DNA of 64,000 nt from Clostridia bacterium (GCA_045638465.1 JAZUBK010000020.1:27021-91020); one strand, 5' to 3'. Counted from the stretch's first letter, positions 55,712-64,000 are shown. Notes: generated by a model not told the origin, from the sequence alone. Program-made: numbers and translations.

Positions 55712-57520
55712 ATGACATTTTTAGACGTATTTTTGAAAGTTCTTGCAATTTTGGGTATTATTGCTGTTGGTACCTTTATTATTGTATTTTTATCTGATTT
55801 ACTTATTTCTATCATTGATAATTCAAATGGTATTTTCTTTAGAAGAAACAAAGGTTCTTCAAATCGTGGTGGTAGCTACGGAAGACCTAAGATGATTACT
55901 CAACAAAGACCTGACGAGTATGAAAAGTTAACATATAACGAGCCAAAACCAGAGCCTAGACCAGAAACTAGACCTGAAGTAAGACAAGCTCCACAACCTG
56001 TAAGACAAGCACCTGTAAGTCCTGCAGCATCTGAGGGTATTGATTACGAAAAAGCTCGTGAAGAAGAACGCCTTGCAGCAAGGGCTTCTATTTCTCCATC
56101 ATCTATTAACAAACAAAAAGCCGAAGAAGACGAAAAGACAGCTGAAAGACTAAGACTAATCGAAGCTAGAAGAAGAGAATTTGAGGCTGCACAAAAAGCT
56201 GCTGAGCAAGAAGCAGAAGACGATGATGAAGATGCAATCGACGAAGAAGAAATAAAGAGAATTATTGCTGGAGCAACAGCACAAGAAACAGCAAAGAAAG
56301 AAGAAGAGAAAATAAACAAAGAGGCTCTTCAATCTGAAATTGAAGAAAAACTAAGAAAAGAATACGAAGCAAAACAAGCAGAAATGACAGCTCAACAAGC
56401 TGAGATCGAAGCAAAACTAAGAGAAGAGCAAGAAGCTAGACTTGCAGAAATCGAAGCAGAAAAAGCAGAGCAAGAAGAAAGAATCGCTATCATGGAAGCT
56501 TACAAAGCGCAACAAGAAGAAAGATTACTAGCTCTAGAAGCAGAAAACGCAGAAAAAGAAACAAAATATGCAGAAGAAGCTCTTAAAATCAAAGACGAAC
56601 AAGAAGCTAAAGAAGCAGAAAAAGAAAGACTAGAAAAAGAAATCGAAATTCTAAAAAGACAACTAGAAGAGGCAAACTCTACAGTTGTTACTCTAACTCA
56701 ACAAGTTAACGAAAAACCAGAACCAGAAGTTCAAGTTGTATACGAAAAAGTTATTACTGGCAAAGGCATGACAAAAGAAGAAATCGAAACAAAACTTGCA
56801 CTTTTGAAACAAAGACTAAAAGCAAACGAAAAAGAACTTTCTGCAAACAAAAAAGATTATTTGCCTCTAAAGAGAGTAAATATGACTTTGGCAAACGACG
56901 AAAAGAAACTAAGAAGAAAAGAAGCTATGGTTGCCAAAAAGAAAGTTATGCTTTATGGCGTAAACAACTATGTTGATATCGACGAAGAAAAAGCAAAAGA
57001 ACTAGCAGAAGAACTAGACCTACTAGAAGGACTAAAACTAAGCGTACAACATTGTCGTGAAGTTATGGAAGCAAACAAAGATAGATACCCAATTCTTGAG
57101 AAAACAAATACTATCTTGACAAACAACATCGAAGGTCTAAAGGCAGATATCGCAGAACTAGAAGCTAGACTTGCTGAGTTCCCTGCAGACGATAGCGATA
57201 ACGAAGACGGTGGCAAAAAAGAAGTTGCTGAAGATAAAAAACCAGCAGTTAAAAAGCCAGAACCTAAAAAAGAAGTAAAGAAAGAAGCTCCTAAAAAAGA
57301 AGAACCAGCTAAAGAAGTGAAAGCTCCAAAAGTTGAAGAGAAAAAAGCAGAAGAAAAACCTGAAGTTAAACAAGAAGTTAAAAAGGAAGAACCTGCAAAA
57401 AAAGCTGAGCCAAAGAAAGACATAAAAAATGATGGAGATATCGACGTAAGCGGCGGCATGGCTGACGATGACGTAGAGGCTTTGGTTAATGCAATACTAG
57501 GAACTACTGATAAAAAGTAA
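55712..57520 (+). CDS. Hypothetical N-terminally anchored coiled-coil protein with Pro-rich linker and K/E/P-rich C-terminal region
   Basis: 602 aa, SD aggggg. TM helix VLAILGIIAVGTFIIVFLSDLLISII. PEPRPETRPEVRQAPQPVRQAP linker. Long E/A/K/Q heptad-like region. The tail is KKPEPKKEVKKEAPKKEEPAKE... Confidence 0.6.
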   Translation: MTFLDVFLKVLAILGIIAVGTFIIVFLSDLLISIIDNSNGIFFRRNKGSSNRGGSYGRPKMITQQRPDEYEKLTYNEPKPEPRPETRPEVRQAPQPVRQAPVSPAASEGIDYEKAREEERLAARASISPSSINKQKAEEDEKTAERLRLIEARRREFEAAQKAAEQEAEDDDEDAIDEEEIKRIIAGATAQETAKKEEEKINKEALQSEIEEKLRKEYEAKQAEMTAQQAEIEAKLREEQEARLAEIEAEKAEQEERIAIMEAYKAQQEERLLALEAENAEKETKYAEEALKIKDEQEAKEAEKERLEKEIEILKRQLEEANSTVVTLTQQVNEKPEPEVQVVYEKVITGKGMTKEEIETKLALLKQRLKANEKELSANKKDYLPLKRVNMTLANDEKKLRRKEAMVAKKKVMLYGVNNYVDIDEEKAKELAEELDLLEGLKLSVQHCREVMEANKDRYPILEKTNTILTNNIEGLKADIAELEARLAEFPADDSDNEDGGKKEVAEDKKPAVKKPEPKKEVKKEAPKKEEPAKEVKAPKVEEKKAEEKPEVKQEVKKEEPAKKAEPKKDIKNDGDIDVSGGMADDDVEALVNAILGTTDKK

Positions 57521-57528
57521 AAATATTA

Positions 57529-57562
57529 AAAAAGACTTGTAGAAAAAACAAGTCTTTTTTTT
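57529..57562 (+). terminator. Intrinsic terminator
   Basis: Arms aaaaagacttgt and acaagtcttttt, followed by a T-run. Confidence 0.8.
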
Positions 57563-57622
57563 ATTAAAAATATTGGTGTAAAAAACTTTAATATGATAAT
57601 ATAATAATATAAGGAAATTGAA

Positions 57623-58501
57623 ATGTTTAGACTATTTAGAAGAAAAGAAAAACAAAATGAAACTTTGAAGAAAAATAAAAAAGTGAAAATAGGCCTTGCT
57701 TTTGGCGGTGGCGGTGCAAGAGGATTTGTGCACGTTGGTGTTATGAAAGCGTTTGAAGAGGCAGGTATTGAGTTTGATGCGGTTGCTGGTACTAGTGCTG
57801 GTAGTATAATGGCAGCTTTTTATGCTGCTGGATATAAGTATGACGAAATCATACCTATTGCAAAATCTATCAAAGAAAAAGATATTCGTAACAGCAAACT
57901 TATTTTTATTCCTTCATCAACCACAGGTATTGAAAATTTGATTACAAACAACCTTGGTAATATAAATGTAAACTCTTTAAAAAAGCCACTTGCCGTAGTT
58001 ACTGTAGACCTTATGTCGGGTAATGAAGTTATCTTTACCAAAGGTAATCTTGCAAAGGTAGTTGCAGGAAGTTGTTGTTATCCAGGAGTTTTTAATCCTG
58101 TAGTTTACGAAAATATGCATCTTATTGATGGCGGGTTGAAAAATAATATTCCTAGCGATGTTTTGAAACTTTTTGATTGTGATTATGTTATAGCGGTAGA
58201 CGCAAACCCATCACGTGGTGGCGGTACTGCATCTCTTAAACTTATGGACGTGCTTGGTGCTAGTCTTAGTATTGGCACAAAGTCAAACTCTGTCAAAGGT
58301 TATATGTTTGCAGACCTAGTCATAAAACCCGACACAAAAAGGTTTAAATCTACTAAAGCTACAGGTATGAATGATATGATAGAAGAAGGTTATACTGCTG
58401 CAAAACTAGTTATACCTGATATTCTAAAAATGATTTCGGTTAAACCAAAAAGAAAAAACAAAACTCCATTTGATAGGGGTGACGACGTAGATGTCATTTA
58501 A
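57623..58501 (+). CDS. Patatin-like phospholipase
   Basis: 292 aa. GGGGARG oxyanion motif, GTSAGS (GxSxG) nucleophile elbow, and a downstream IDGG catalytic Asp motif. Confidence 0.88.
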   Translation: MFRLFRRKEKQNETLKKNKKVKIGLAFGGGGARGFVHVGVMKAFEEAGIEFDAVAGTSAGSIMAAFYAAGYKYDEIIPIAKSIKEKDIRNSKLIFIPSSTTGIENLITNNLGNINVNSLKKPLAVVTVDLMSGNEVIFTKGNLAKVVAGSCCYPGVFNPVVYENMHLIDGGLKNNIPSDVLKLFDCDYVIAVDANPSRGGGTASLKLMDVLGASLSIGTKSNSVKGYMFADLVIKPDTKRFKSTKATGMNDMIEEGYTAAKLVIPDILKMISVKPKRKNKTPFDRGDDVDVI

Positions 58502-58516
58502 TGAGAGGAGGTACCT

Positions 58517-59647
58517 ATGACAAACAAATATATTTTCTCAAAAGCACGTGTTTTAATTTTTTTGCTAGTTGCAGCCATAGTTGGCGTTAGTTTTTTGTTT
58601 GCAGATACTATTGAGTCATTTATAAATCAAGGCGGCGGTGTATCAGCAGGTAGCTTAGAAGAGATAGAAGAAGGCGATTTGCAACTGCACTATATCTATG
58701 CAGGTCAAGCAGACTGCACAGCTATTAGACTTCCTGATAACAAAGTAATGATTATAGACTCTGGCGAAGAAACCAATGCTGAAATGGTAACTACTTATCT
58801 TAATGATGTTTTCTTTGAAAGTGGCGAAAATACTATTGATTATTTTATCTTAACTCATACTGACAAAGACCACATCGGCGGAGCAAAAGTTTTGCTAGAA
58901 AATTATGACGTTAAAGCCGTGTATAGACCAAGAGTTACCAGCAAGTCAGAAACTGCAATTTCTGGGGTTTTGGCAATTACCACAAATATTTGGGATAATA
59001 CCGTAAAAGCAATGTCAAATGCTGACGAAGTAATAACTATTGAGCCAGACCTTGAGATTGAGTATACAGATACCCAAGATGCTCAAAATAGTTATTCATT
59101 TACTTTCTATGGCCCACTAGATGACTATTCTGACCCTAATGATTATTCACCAGTTATGATGTTAGAAAACGCTGGTAAAAAATATATGTTTACTGGCGAT
59201 GCTAGTAGCGATGTCGAAAAAGAATTTTTGGCTGCATACACAAACCATGCTGATTTTGATGTTGACGTGCTAAAAGCAGGGCACCATGGCAGCGACACAT
59301 CTTCTTGCAGTGAATTTTTAGAAGTTGTAAAACCAGAATATACTATTATAAGTTGTGGTATAGATAATAAATATGGTCACCCACACAATGAAGTTATTAA
59401 TAATCTTGAGGCAGCACATTCTCAAATTTTGAGAACAGATGTTAGCGACAGTATACTAATATATAATAGAGATGGCGAGATTAAATACATAGCAGACTTT
59501 TTTGAACCTGCAAAATATAACATTGAGTGGTGGTACATCGCAGCTGGTATTTTGGTAGTGACTGCAGTATTGTGTTTTTACCCAAAATCAAAAGTAAAAA
59601 GTATGGCAAGAAAAGCCGCAAGAGATACATACAAAAATTATAAATAA
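58517..59647 (+). CDS. ComEC/Rec2-related metallo-beta-lactamase-fold protein (stand-alone MBL domain, TM helices at both ends)
   Basis: 376 aa. ILTHTDKDHIGG, FTGDASS, KAGHHGSDTSS and KYGHPH match the ComEC C-terminal MBL domain. Lacks the polytopic competence channel domain. Confidence 0.7.
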   Translation: MTNKYIFSKARVLIFLLVAAIVGVSFLFADTIESFINQGGGVSAGSLEEIEEGDLQLHYIYAGQADCTAIRLPDNKVMIIDSGEETNAEMVTTYLNDVFFESGENTIDYFILTHTDKDHIGGAKVLLENYDVKAVYRPRVTSKSETAISGVLAITTNIWDNTVKAMSNADEVITIEPDLEIEYTDTQDAQNSYSFTFYGPLDDYSDPNDYSPVMMLENAGKKYMFTGDASSDVEKEFLAAYTNHADFDVDVLKAGHHGSDTSSCSEFLEVVKPEYTIISCGIDNKYGHPHNEVINNLEAAHSQILRTDVSDSILIYNRDGEIKYIADFFEPAKYNIEWWYIAAGILVVTAVLCFYPKSKVKSMARKAARDTYKNYK

Positions 59648-59655
59648 GTATAATA

Positions 59656-59688
59656 AAAAGTAAGGTAAATTTTGCCTTACTTTTTTTT
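59656..59688 (+). terminator. Intrinsic terminator
   Basis: Arms aaaagtaagg and ccttactttt, followed by a T-run. Confidence 0.7.
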
Positions 59689-59763
59689 GTTTTTTATACT
59701 ATCATTTATTTGTTTTTGACATAAAAAAATGTTATTATATAGGTATAAAGAGGAAACTACAAA

Positions 59764-60273
59764 GTGAAAAACAATATTACATTTATATGCGTTGTAAATA
59801 GTTTTGGCAGAGAAGTTGCAAAAGCTGTTGCAGAAAAGCTAGATCTTTATTATGCCGATATCAATGATTTTCTTGATTTTAGCATGGCTACAAGTGCTCA
59901 AGAAGTAATCAACCTATGTGGTCCAGAATATCTAGCAAAACTTGAACAAGAAGCTGTAGAAACTGTTGCATCTTTTGAAAACACAATTATTTCTGTGGAA
60001 ACAAGATTTTTTATGAGTCCAAAAAGTCGTCATAGCCTAAAAGACGGCAGCATGATAGTTTATCTAAAGCTTGACAGAAAGTCTTATGACAAATATGTAG
60101 ATAGTGTCAAAGAAGAAGACAAAAAGTTAGAACTAGAAAACATAAAAACAGTATTTGACGAATATGATGCTATGTGCAGTCGTAGTTGTGATATTACTAT
60201 CGACCTAAAAGACCTAAACGAAAAAACAACTGTTAAAAAATCTTTGAAACTCATTAACAATTATTTCAAATAA
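59764..60273 (+). CDS. Shikimate-kinase-like protein with degenerate Walker A
   Basis: GTG start after aagagg. 169 aa. Overall layout resembles AroK (LDLYYADINDFL, GPEYLAKLEQEAV), but the P-loop position reads VVNSFGRE and lacks GKS/T. Confidence 0.4.
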   Translation: MKNNITFICVVNSFGREVAKAVAEKLDLYYADINDFLDFSMATSAQEVINLCGPEYLAKLEQEAVETVASFENTIISVETRFFMSPKSRHSLKDGSMIVYLKLDRKSYDKYVDSVKEEDKKLELENIKTVFDEYDAMCSRSCDITIDLKDLNEKTTVKKSLKLINNYFK

Positions 60274-60290
60274 AAAGGAAAAATATTATT

Positions 60291-62273
60291 ATGAAGATAG
60301 ATGATAAAGTAGTAAATTACCTTAGAGTTACAGGTTGTAACATGATAACAAATGCGGGTTCTGGGCACCCAGGTATTGTCTTGTCTGGAGCGCCAATTTT
60401 GTATTCTATTTACAAAAACGCCTCTATCAATAGTAGCGATAGCCACTATTTTAATAGAGATAGAATCGTAGTATCAGCAGGTCATGGCTCTGCGCTATAC
60501 TATGCTACACTACAACTATTTGGATATAATATTTCTATCGACGACCTAAAGGCTTTTAGAAAGTCAGGTTCTAACACACCTGGTCACCCAGAAGTTTATA
60601 TCACAGATGGAGTAGACTGCTCTACAGGTCCTCTAGGTCAAGGTATTGCTAACGCAGTTGGTTTTGCTATAGCAGAGACATATATGGCTGCAAGATATAA
60701 CCAAGCCGACAACAACCTTATCGACCACTATACATATGCCTTTTGTGGTGACGGCTGTTTGATGGAAGGTGTTGCAAATGAGGCAATCTCTCTTGCTGGA
60801 CATTTAAAACTAAACAAACTTATTGTTTTGTACGATTGCAATAAAGTTACTATCGAAGGTGGCCTAAATATGGTCAATAGCGAAAATGTAAAGTCAAAAT
60901 TTACTGCTCAGGGCTGGAACGTACTTGAGGTAAAAAATGGCAATTCTATTGATGAAATTGAAGTTGCAATCAACCTTGCTAAACAATCAAGAAACAAACC
61001 AAGTTTGATTATTGTAAATACAACTATTGGTTATGGTAGCGACTATGCAGGTAACGCAAAGTGCCACGGCAGTCCGCTAAAACAAGAAGAAATAACAAAC
61101 CTAAAAGTAAACCTAGAATATTTAGAAAGCGACTGGAAGATTCCTACCGATATCAAAAAGCATATCGCAAAAATCAATGACGCTAAACTAAAAAATTACA
61201 AAACTTATCAAAAACTTCTAAACAAATACAAAGTAAAATACTATAGCGATTACGAAGAACTAAGAGATTGCGTAGACGGTATAGAATATGATGTGTTGCC
61301 AATCATAAACGATCACAAACATAAGTTTAGCGATAACCAAAGCACACGTGATATCAATGGCATCGTACTAAACGCAGTAGCAAAAGCTGTTCCTGCTATT
61401 ATCGGCGGAAACGCAGACCTTGGCCCATCTACTAAGGCAGTTTTGAAAGAAGAAGAAACATACACCCCAACAAATAGAGCAGGAAAGAACCTTTGCTTTG
61501 GTATCAGAGAACATGCTATGGGCGCTATCTGCAATGGTATTTCACTTCACGGTGGCTTGATGCCATATTGTGGTACTTTCTTTGCTTTCGAAAACTATAT
61601 GACACCTGCTATTCGTATGTCAGCACTTATGCCAACACCAGTTATTTATACATTTACTCACGATAGCGTAGCCGTTGGCGAAGACGGACCTACTCATCAA
61701 CCAGTAGAACAAATAGCAACACTTAGAGCTATGCCAAATCTTAGAGTGTTTAGACCAGCAAACTACGAGGAAAACTTTGTTGCTTATGACTGCGCACTAA
61801 ATACTAGATACCCAACTGCAATTATACTTTCTCGTCAAAACTTCAGAAGAGTTGCGGGAGATGCAAAAGAAGCTCAAAAGGGCGGTTATATCGTAAAACC
61901 TGCTAAAAATACAAAAGCAACTATTATCGCAACAGGTAGCGAAGTAAGTTTAGCTGTAGAAATAGCAGAAAAACTAGACAAAAGAGGTGTGCCAACAGCA
62001 GTAGTATCTATGCCTTGCGTAGAGTTGTTTGAAGAGCAAAGTGCTCAACATAAAAACAAAACTCTTGGCAAAAACACTCAAGTATATGCAATAGAGGCTA
62101 GTAGCGACAATGTTTGGTATAAGTTCGTAACCGAAAAAGATAATGTATTTAACATTACAGAGTTCGGCAGAAGCTGTGAACCAGAAGAACTTATGAGAGA
62201 ACTAGGCCTTAGCGAAACTAAGATTATGAACAAAATTCTAAAAGACTTCAAAAAGCCAATCATTAAAGAATAA
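60291..62273 (+). CDS. tkt: Transketolase
   Basis: 660 aa, GSGHPG, GDGCLMEGV, THDSVAVGEDGPTHQPVEQ. Confidence 0.95.
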   Translation: MKIDDKVVNYLRVTGCNMITNAGSGHPGIVLSGAPILYSIYKNASINSSDSHYFNRDRIVVSAGHGSALYYATLQLFGYNISIDDLKAFRKSGSNTPGHPEVYITDGVDCSTGPLGQGIANAVGFAIAETYMAARYNQADNNLIDHYTYAFCGDGCLMEGVANEAISLAGHLKLNKLIVLYDCNKVTIEGGLNMVNSENVKSKFTAQGWNVLEVKNGNSIDEIEVAINLAKQSRNKPSLIIVNTTIGYGSDYAGNAKCHGSPLKQEEITNLKVNLEYLESDWKIPTDIKKHIAKINDAKLKNYKTYQKLLNKYKVKYYSDYEELRDCVDGIEYDVLPIINDHKHKFSDNQSTRDINGIVLNAVAKAVPAIIGGNADLGPSTKAVLKEEETYTPTNRAGKNLCFGIREHAMGAICNGISLHGGLMPYCGTFFAFENYMTPAIRMSALMPTPVIYTFTHDSVAVGEDGPTHQPVEQIATLRAMPNLRVFRPANYEENFVAYDCALNTRYPTAIILSRQNFRRVAGDAKEAQKGGYIVKPAKNTKATIIATGSEVSLAVEIAEKLDKRGVPTAVVSMPCVELFEEQSAQHKNKTLGKNTQVYAIEASSDNVWYKFVTEKDNVFNITEFGRSCEPEELMRELGLSETKIMNKILKDFKKPIIKE

Positions 62274-62279
62274 AAAATA

Positions 62280-62309
62280 AAAAGCAGTTTGATTAAACTG
62301 CTTTTTTTT
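62280..62309 (+). terminator. Intrinsic terminator
   Basis: Arms aaaagcagttt and aaactgctttt, followed by a T-run. Confidence 0.8.
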
Positions 62310-62555
62310 ATTTTGTATTTTTGCATTTATAAATGTTTTTTATAATTCAAAACACACATAGTTTTCTTTTGGTTGGCTATCGCTTTTTGTTGCTATCTTA
62401 GAAAAAGAATTTAGAGCAAAAAATTATTATAACTGTTATTATATTGTGTAAAAGTGATTTTATTTCTTTCCATACCCACATTATATCGCAAGGCGTATAT
62501 TTTTTCGATAGGGCAAAGAAAGTGGCAAAAAAGCCCCTTTTAGCGTCAAAATCGA

Positions 62556-62584
62556 TTGACAAACGGGGGGGGGGGTGTTACACT
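62556..62584 (+). promoter_or_regulatory. Promoter TTGACA-17-(TGt)TACACT whose spacer is mostly an 11-G homopolymer
   Basis: TTGACA at 62556-62561. Spacer is aac + G11 + tgt, exactly 17 nt. TACACT at 62579-62584 with an extended -10 TG. AGGAGG at 62597-62602. Confidence 0.55.
62565..62575. repeat. G11 homopolymeric tract
   Basis: Counted directly (6 + 5 G across the line break). It is the longest G/C run I saw in the window. Confidence 0.95.
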
Positions 62585-62615
62585 TAAATGAGTTAAAGGA
62601 GGATTGAAAAAAATA

Positions 62616-63929
62616 ATGAAAAAAGTTCTTACACAAGAAGAAAAAGCTGAGAAAAAGTTTATAAAAAGATACACTTTGTGTAGATTTAATAAACTAGTAA
62701 CAATTATTTTGATTGCAGCTTTTATCGGGTGCACACTTTGTTTCGGTTTAGGCTTGAGAGGCCTTAATACTGGAACAACCACAACACATGATGGGTCTTT
62801 GGGTATCGGTATGACTATACTACTTGCTATTGGTGGTATTGGTTGGGCGGTTATTCCGTTCTTTATATTCAGGAGATGTTCACTAGCTTTTACTTTGATG
62901 GGCGTTGGTTTTTGGGACGTAGGTGTTGCGTTGCCAGGTATGGCTCTTCAAGGCGAAAACTGGGCTTTGGGCGGAGCACTAGTATTCTTTGGGGTGATTG
63001 GTCTACTTCTTGCCGAAAGACGTAGAAACAAAAAGGTTGCTAACTACAAATTGAGAGCAAACGAAGATTTTATCGAAAATGTATTTTTGAGTGCAGATGC
63101 TGATAGATTAACAGGGGCTTTAGATTATGCATCTGGCGTAGAAACAGCTTATAAAGGAAGCTTGTATTTTGCACTTTCTTTTATGCTTGTAGCGATGACA
63201 GGTATAGGTTTGGTACTTCCTTTTGGTAAATGGGCTTATAGCTATAACAAATATCTTTTCTTTGTATCTAGCGATTGGGACCCTGCTACAGAAGAAATTG
63301 TAAACACTAAATTCAAGGGCAAAAAGTTTAAACAAAATAAACCTTATACATATCTTTTAGATGGCTTGATTTTTGTTAACGAAAAACCTTTCTATGCTGC
63401 AAAAACAAATGAAAAATGTAATTATCCTTTGAGAGCATGGGCAAGTTATACATTTAGCGCTGTTTATTTGTTTATTTTCTCAATGATTAGCGAAATCAAC
63501 ATGAAAAAAGCTTCTTTTGTTAGCAAAATGGACACAACTTTGGGTGAATTTGTATTCTCTGCAAAGTATATGGCAGAAAAAGATGAAGAGTGTGCGCAAC
63601 TATTTGTAGATTATGCAAAATCTCAATCTGCAGAAAATAGACAAGAACTTCTTGAAGGTCTTGGAAACTGGATTCAATCAGCTCAAGACGAAAATAGAGC
63701 AGAGCTTGAAAGAATCAATAGATACGAACAAGAAAGAGATAGATTTAACAAAGTCGGCGCAACTCAAGCAAATGTATATGTAGATGATGAGGGCTTGTAT
63801 GCAGAGGGTTATGATGCAGAAGGCGCTAAAAAACAATACAAACTTGATGAGTATGATGAAGCAACTGGTGTTGGCTCATATACCGACGAAAGCGGCAAAA
63901 AAGTCAAAATCAAAAACACAAAAGAATAA
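62616..63929 (+). CDS. Hypothetical polytopic membrane protein with soluble charged C-terminal region
   Basis: ATG 62616. The track's TTG at 62604 abuts the SD and is implausible. About 6 hydrophobic helices. C-terminal region of about 130 aa is helical and acidic. No family recognised. Confidence 0.5.
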   Translation: MKKVLTQEEKAEKKFIKRYTLCRFNKLVTIILIAAFIGCTLCFGLGLRGLNTGTTTTHDGSLGIGMTILLAIGGIGWAVIPFFIFRRCSLAFTLMGVGFWDVGVALPGMALQGENWALGGALVFFGVIGLLLAERRRNKKVANYKLRANEDFIENVFLSADADRLTGALDYASGVETAYKGSLYFALSFMLVAMTGIGLVLPFGKWAYSYNKYLFFVSSDWDPATEEIVNTKFKGKKFKQNKPYTYLLDGLIFVNEKPFYAAKTNEKCNYPLRAWASYTFSAVYLFIFSMISEINMKKASFVSKMDTTLGEFVFSAKYMAEKDEECAQLFVDYAKSQSAENRQELLEGLGNWIQSAQDENRAELERINRYEQERDRFNKVGATQANVYVDDEGLYAEGYDAEGAKKQYKLDEYDEATGVGSYTDESGKKVKIKNTKE

Positions 63930-63945
63930 TATAAAAAACAACAAA

Positions 63946-63976
63946 AAAAGAACTAACGATTTGTTAGTTCTTTTTT
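63946..63976 (+). terminator. Intrinsic terminator
   Basis: Arms aaaagaactaac and gttagttctttt, followed by a T-run. Confidence 0.8.
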
Positions 63977-64000
63977 GTTTGTTTTAGGATAGGTTATTTG

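Noticed and set aside
8012-62615. N-terminal extensions in the ORF track at 8012, 15284, 16615, 17818, 19169, 19674, 23968, 27038, 42471, 42629, 48483(-), 51055 and 62604
   Set aside because: Each uses a non-ATG or poorly placed start that overlaps the upstream gene, a promoter or the SD itself. An internal ATG with a proper SD, or with leaderless geometry, matches the conserved N-terminus.

Overview
This is an AT-rich bacterial chromosome segment. GC content was judged by eye and not computed. Gene order looks like Bacillota, closest to Clostridia, the genetic code is standard, and nearly every gene is on the + strand.

Contents in order:
- 1-5040: the 3' part of addB and a complete addA.
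- 5.1-10.7 kb: poorly characterised genes, namely a TM/coiled-coil protein with a Pro-Ala-Lys repeat tail, a PRC-barrel-like protein on the - strand, an SPFH protein with a double zinc ribbon, a DUF1858 protein and one hypothetical.
- 10.66-11.19 kb: about 0.5 kb of non-coding DNA holding a near-consensus promoter and a ~235-nt leader.
- 11.2-27.0 kb: the complete S10-spc-alpha ribosomal supercluster from rpsJ to rplQ, with secY, adk, map, a KOW protein, infA and rpmJ. rpmJ (38 aa) is missing from the supplied ORF track.
- 27.1-32.6 kb: two N-terminally anchored surface proteins of 389 and 1409 aa.
- 32.7-46.0 kb: a hypothetical acidic-tailed protein (32.7-33.5 kb), a spoVT-like regulator with a MurJ/SpoVB-type flippase, dusB, a Na/Pi symporter, pgk-gpmI-tpiA, secG, rnr, smpB and tmRNA.
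- 46.1-59.6 kb: an accessory-looking stretch. It holds a six-fold zinc-ribbon-repeat protein with an embedded nuclease-like core, a DUF1810 protein (- strand) and a second RNase II/R-family enzyme. Next comes a cluster of P-loop kinase, GNAT, Nudix, Eis-like GNAT and APH-type kinase genes. It ends with a zinc-ribbon membrane protein, a second TM/coiled-coil protein, a patatin-like lipase and a stand-alone ComEC-type MBL protein.
- 59.8-64.0 kb: a degenerate shikimate-kinase-like protein, tkt, and a multi-pass membrane protein.

I recognised no rRNA, tRNA, CRISPR array, transposase or integrase.

Most noteworthy observations:
1. An 11-G homopolymer makes up the spacer of an otherwise good promoter at 62556-62584, which is a candidate phase switch.
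2. The zinc-ribbon/nuclease cassette next to ssrA is bracketed by two near-identical hairpins.
3. Three helically phased CGAC[C/T]-N4-GGTCG palindromes lie in one intergenic region.
4. Two promoters are positioned so that transcription should begin on the ATG (leaderless mRNAs).
5. Ribosomal protein L24 carries a CxxC-x18-CxxC insertion.

I found no clearly delimited multi-gene novel system. All functional calls rest on motifs read by eye and on synteny, not on database searches.
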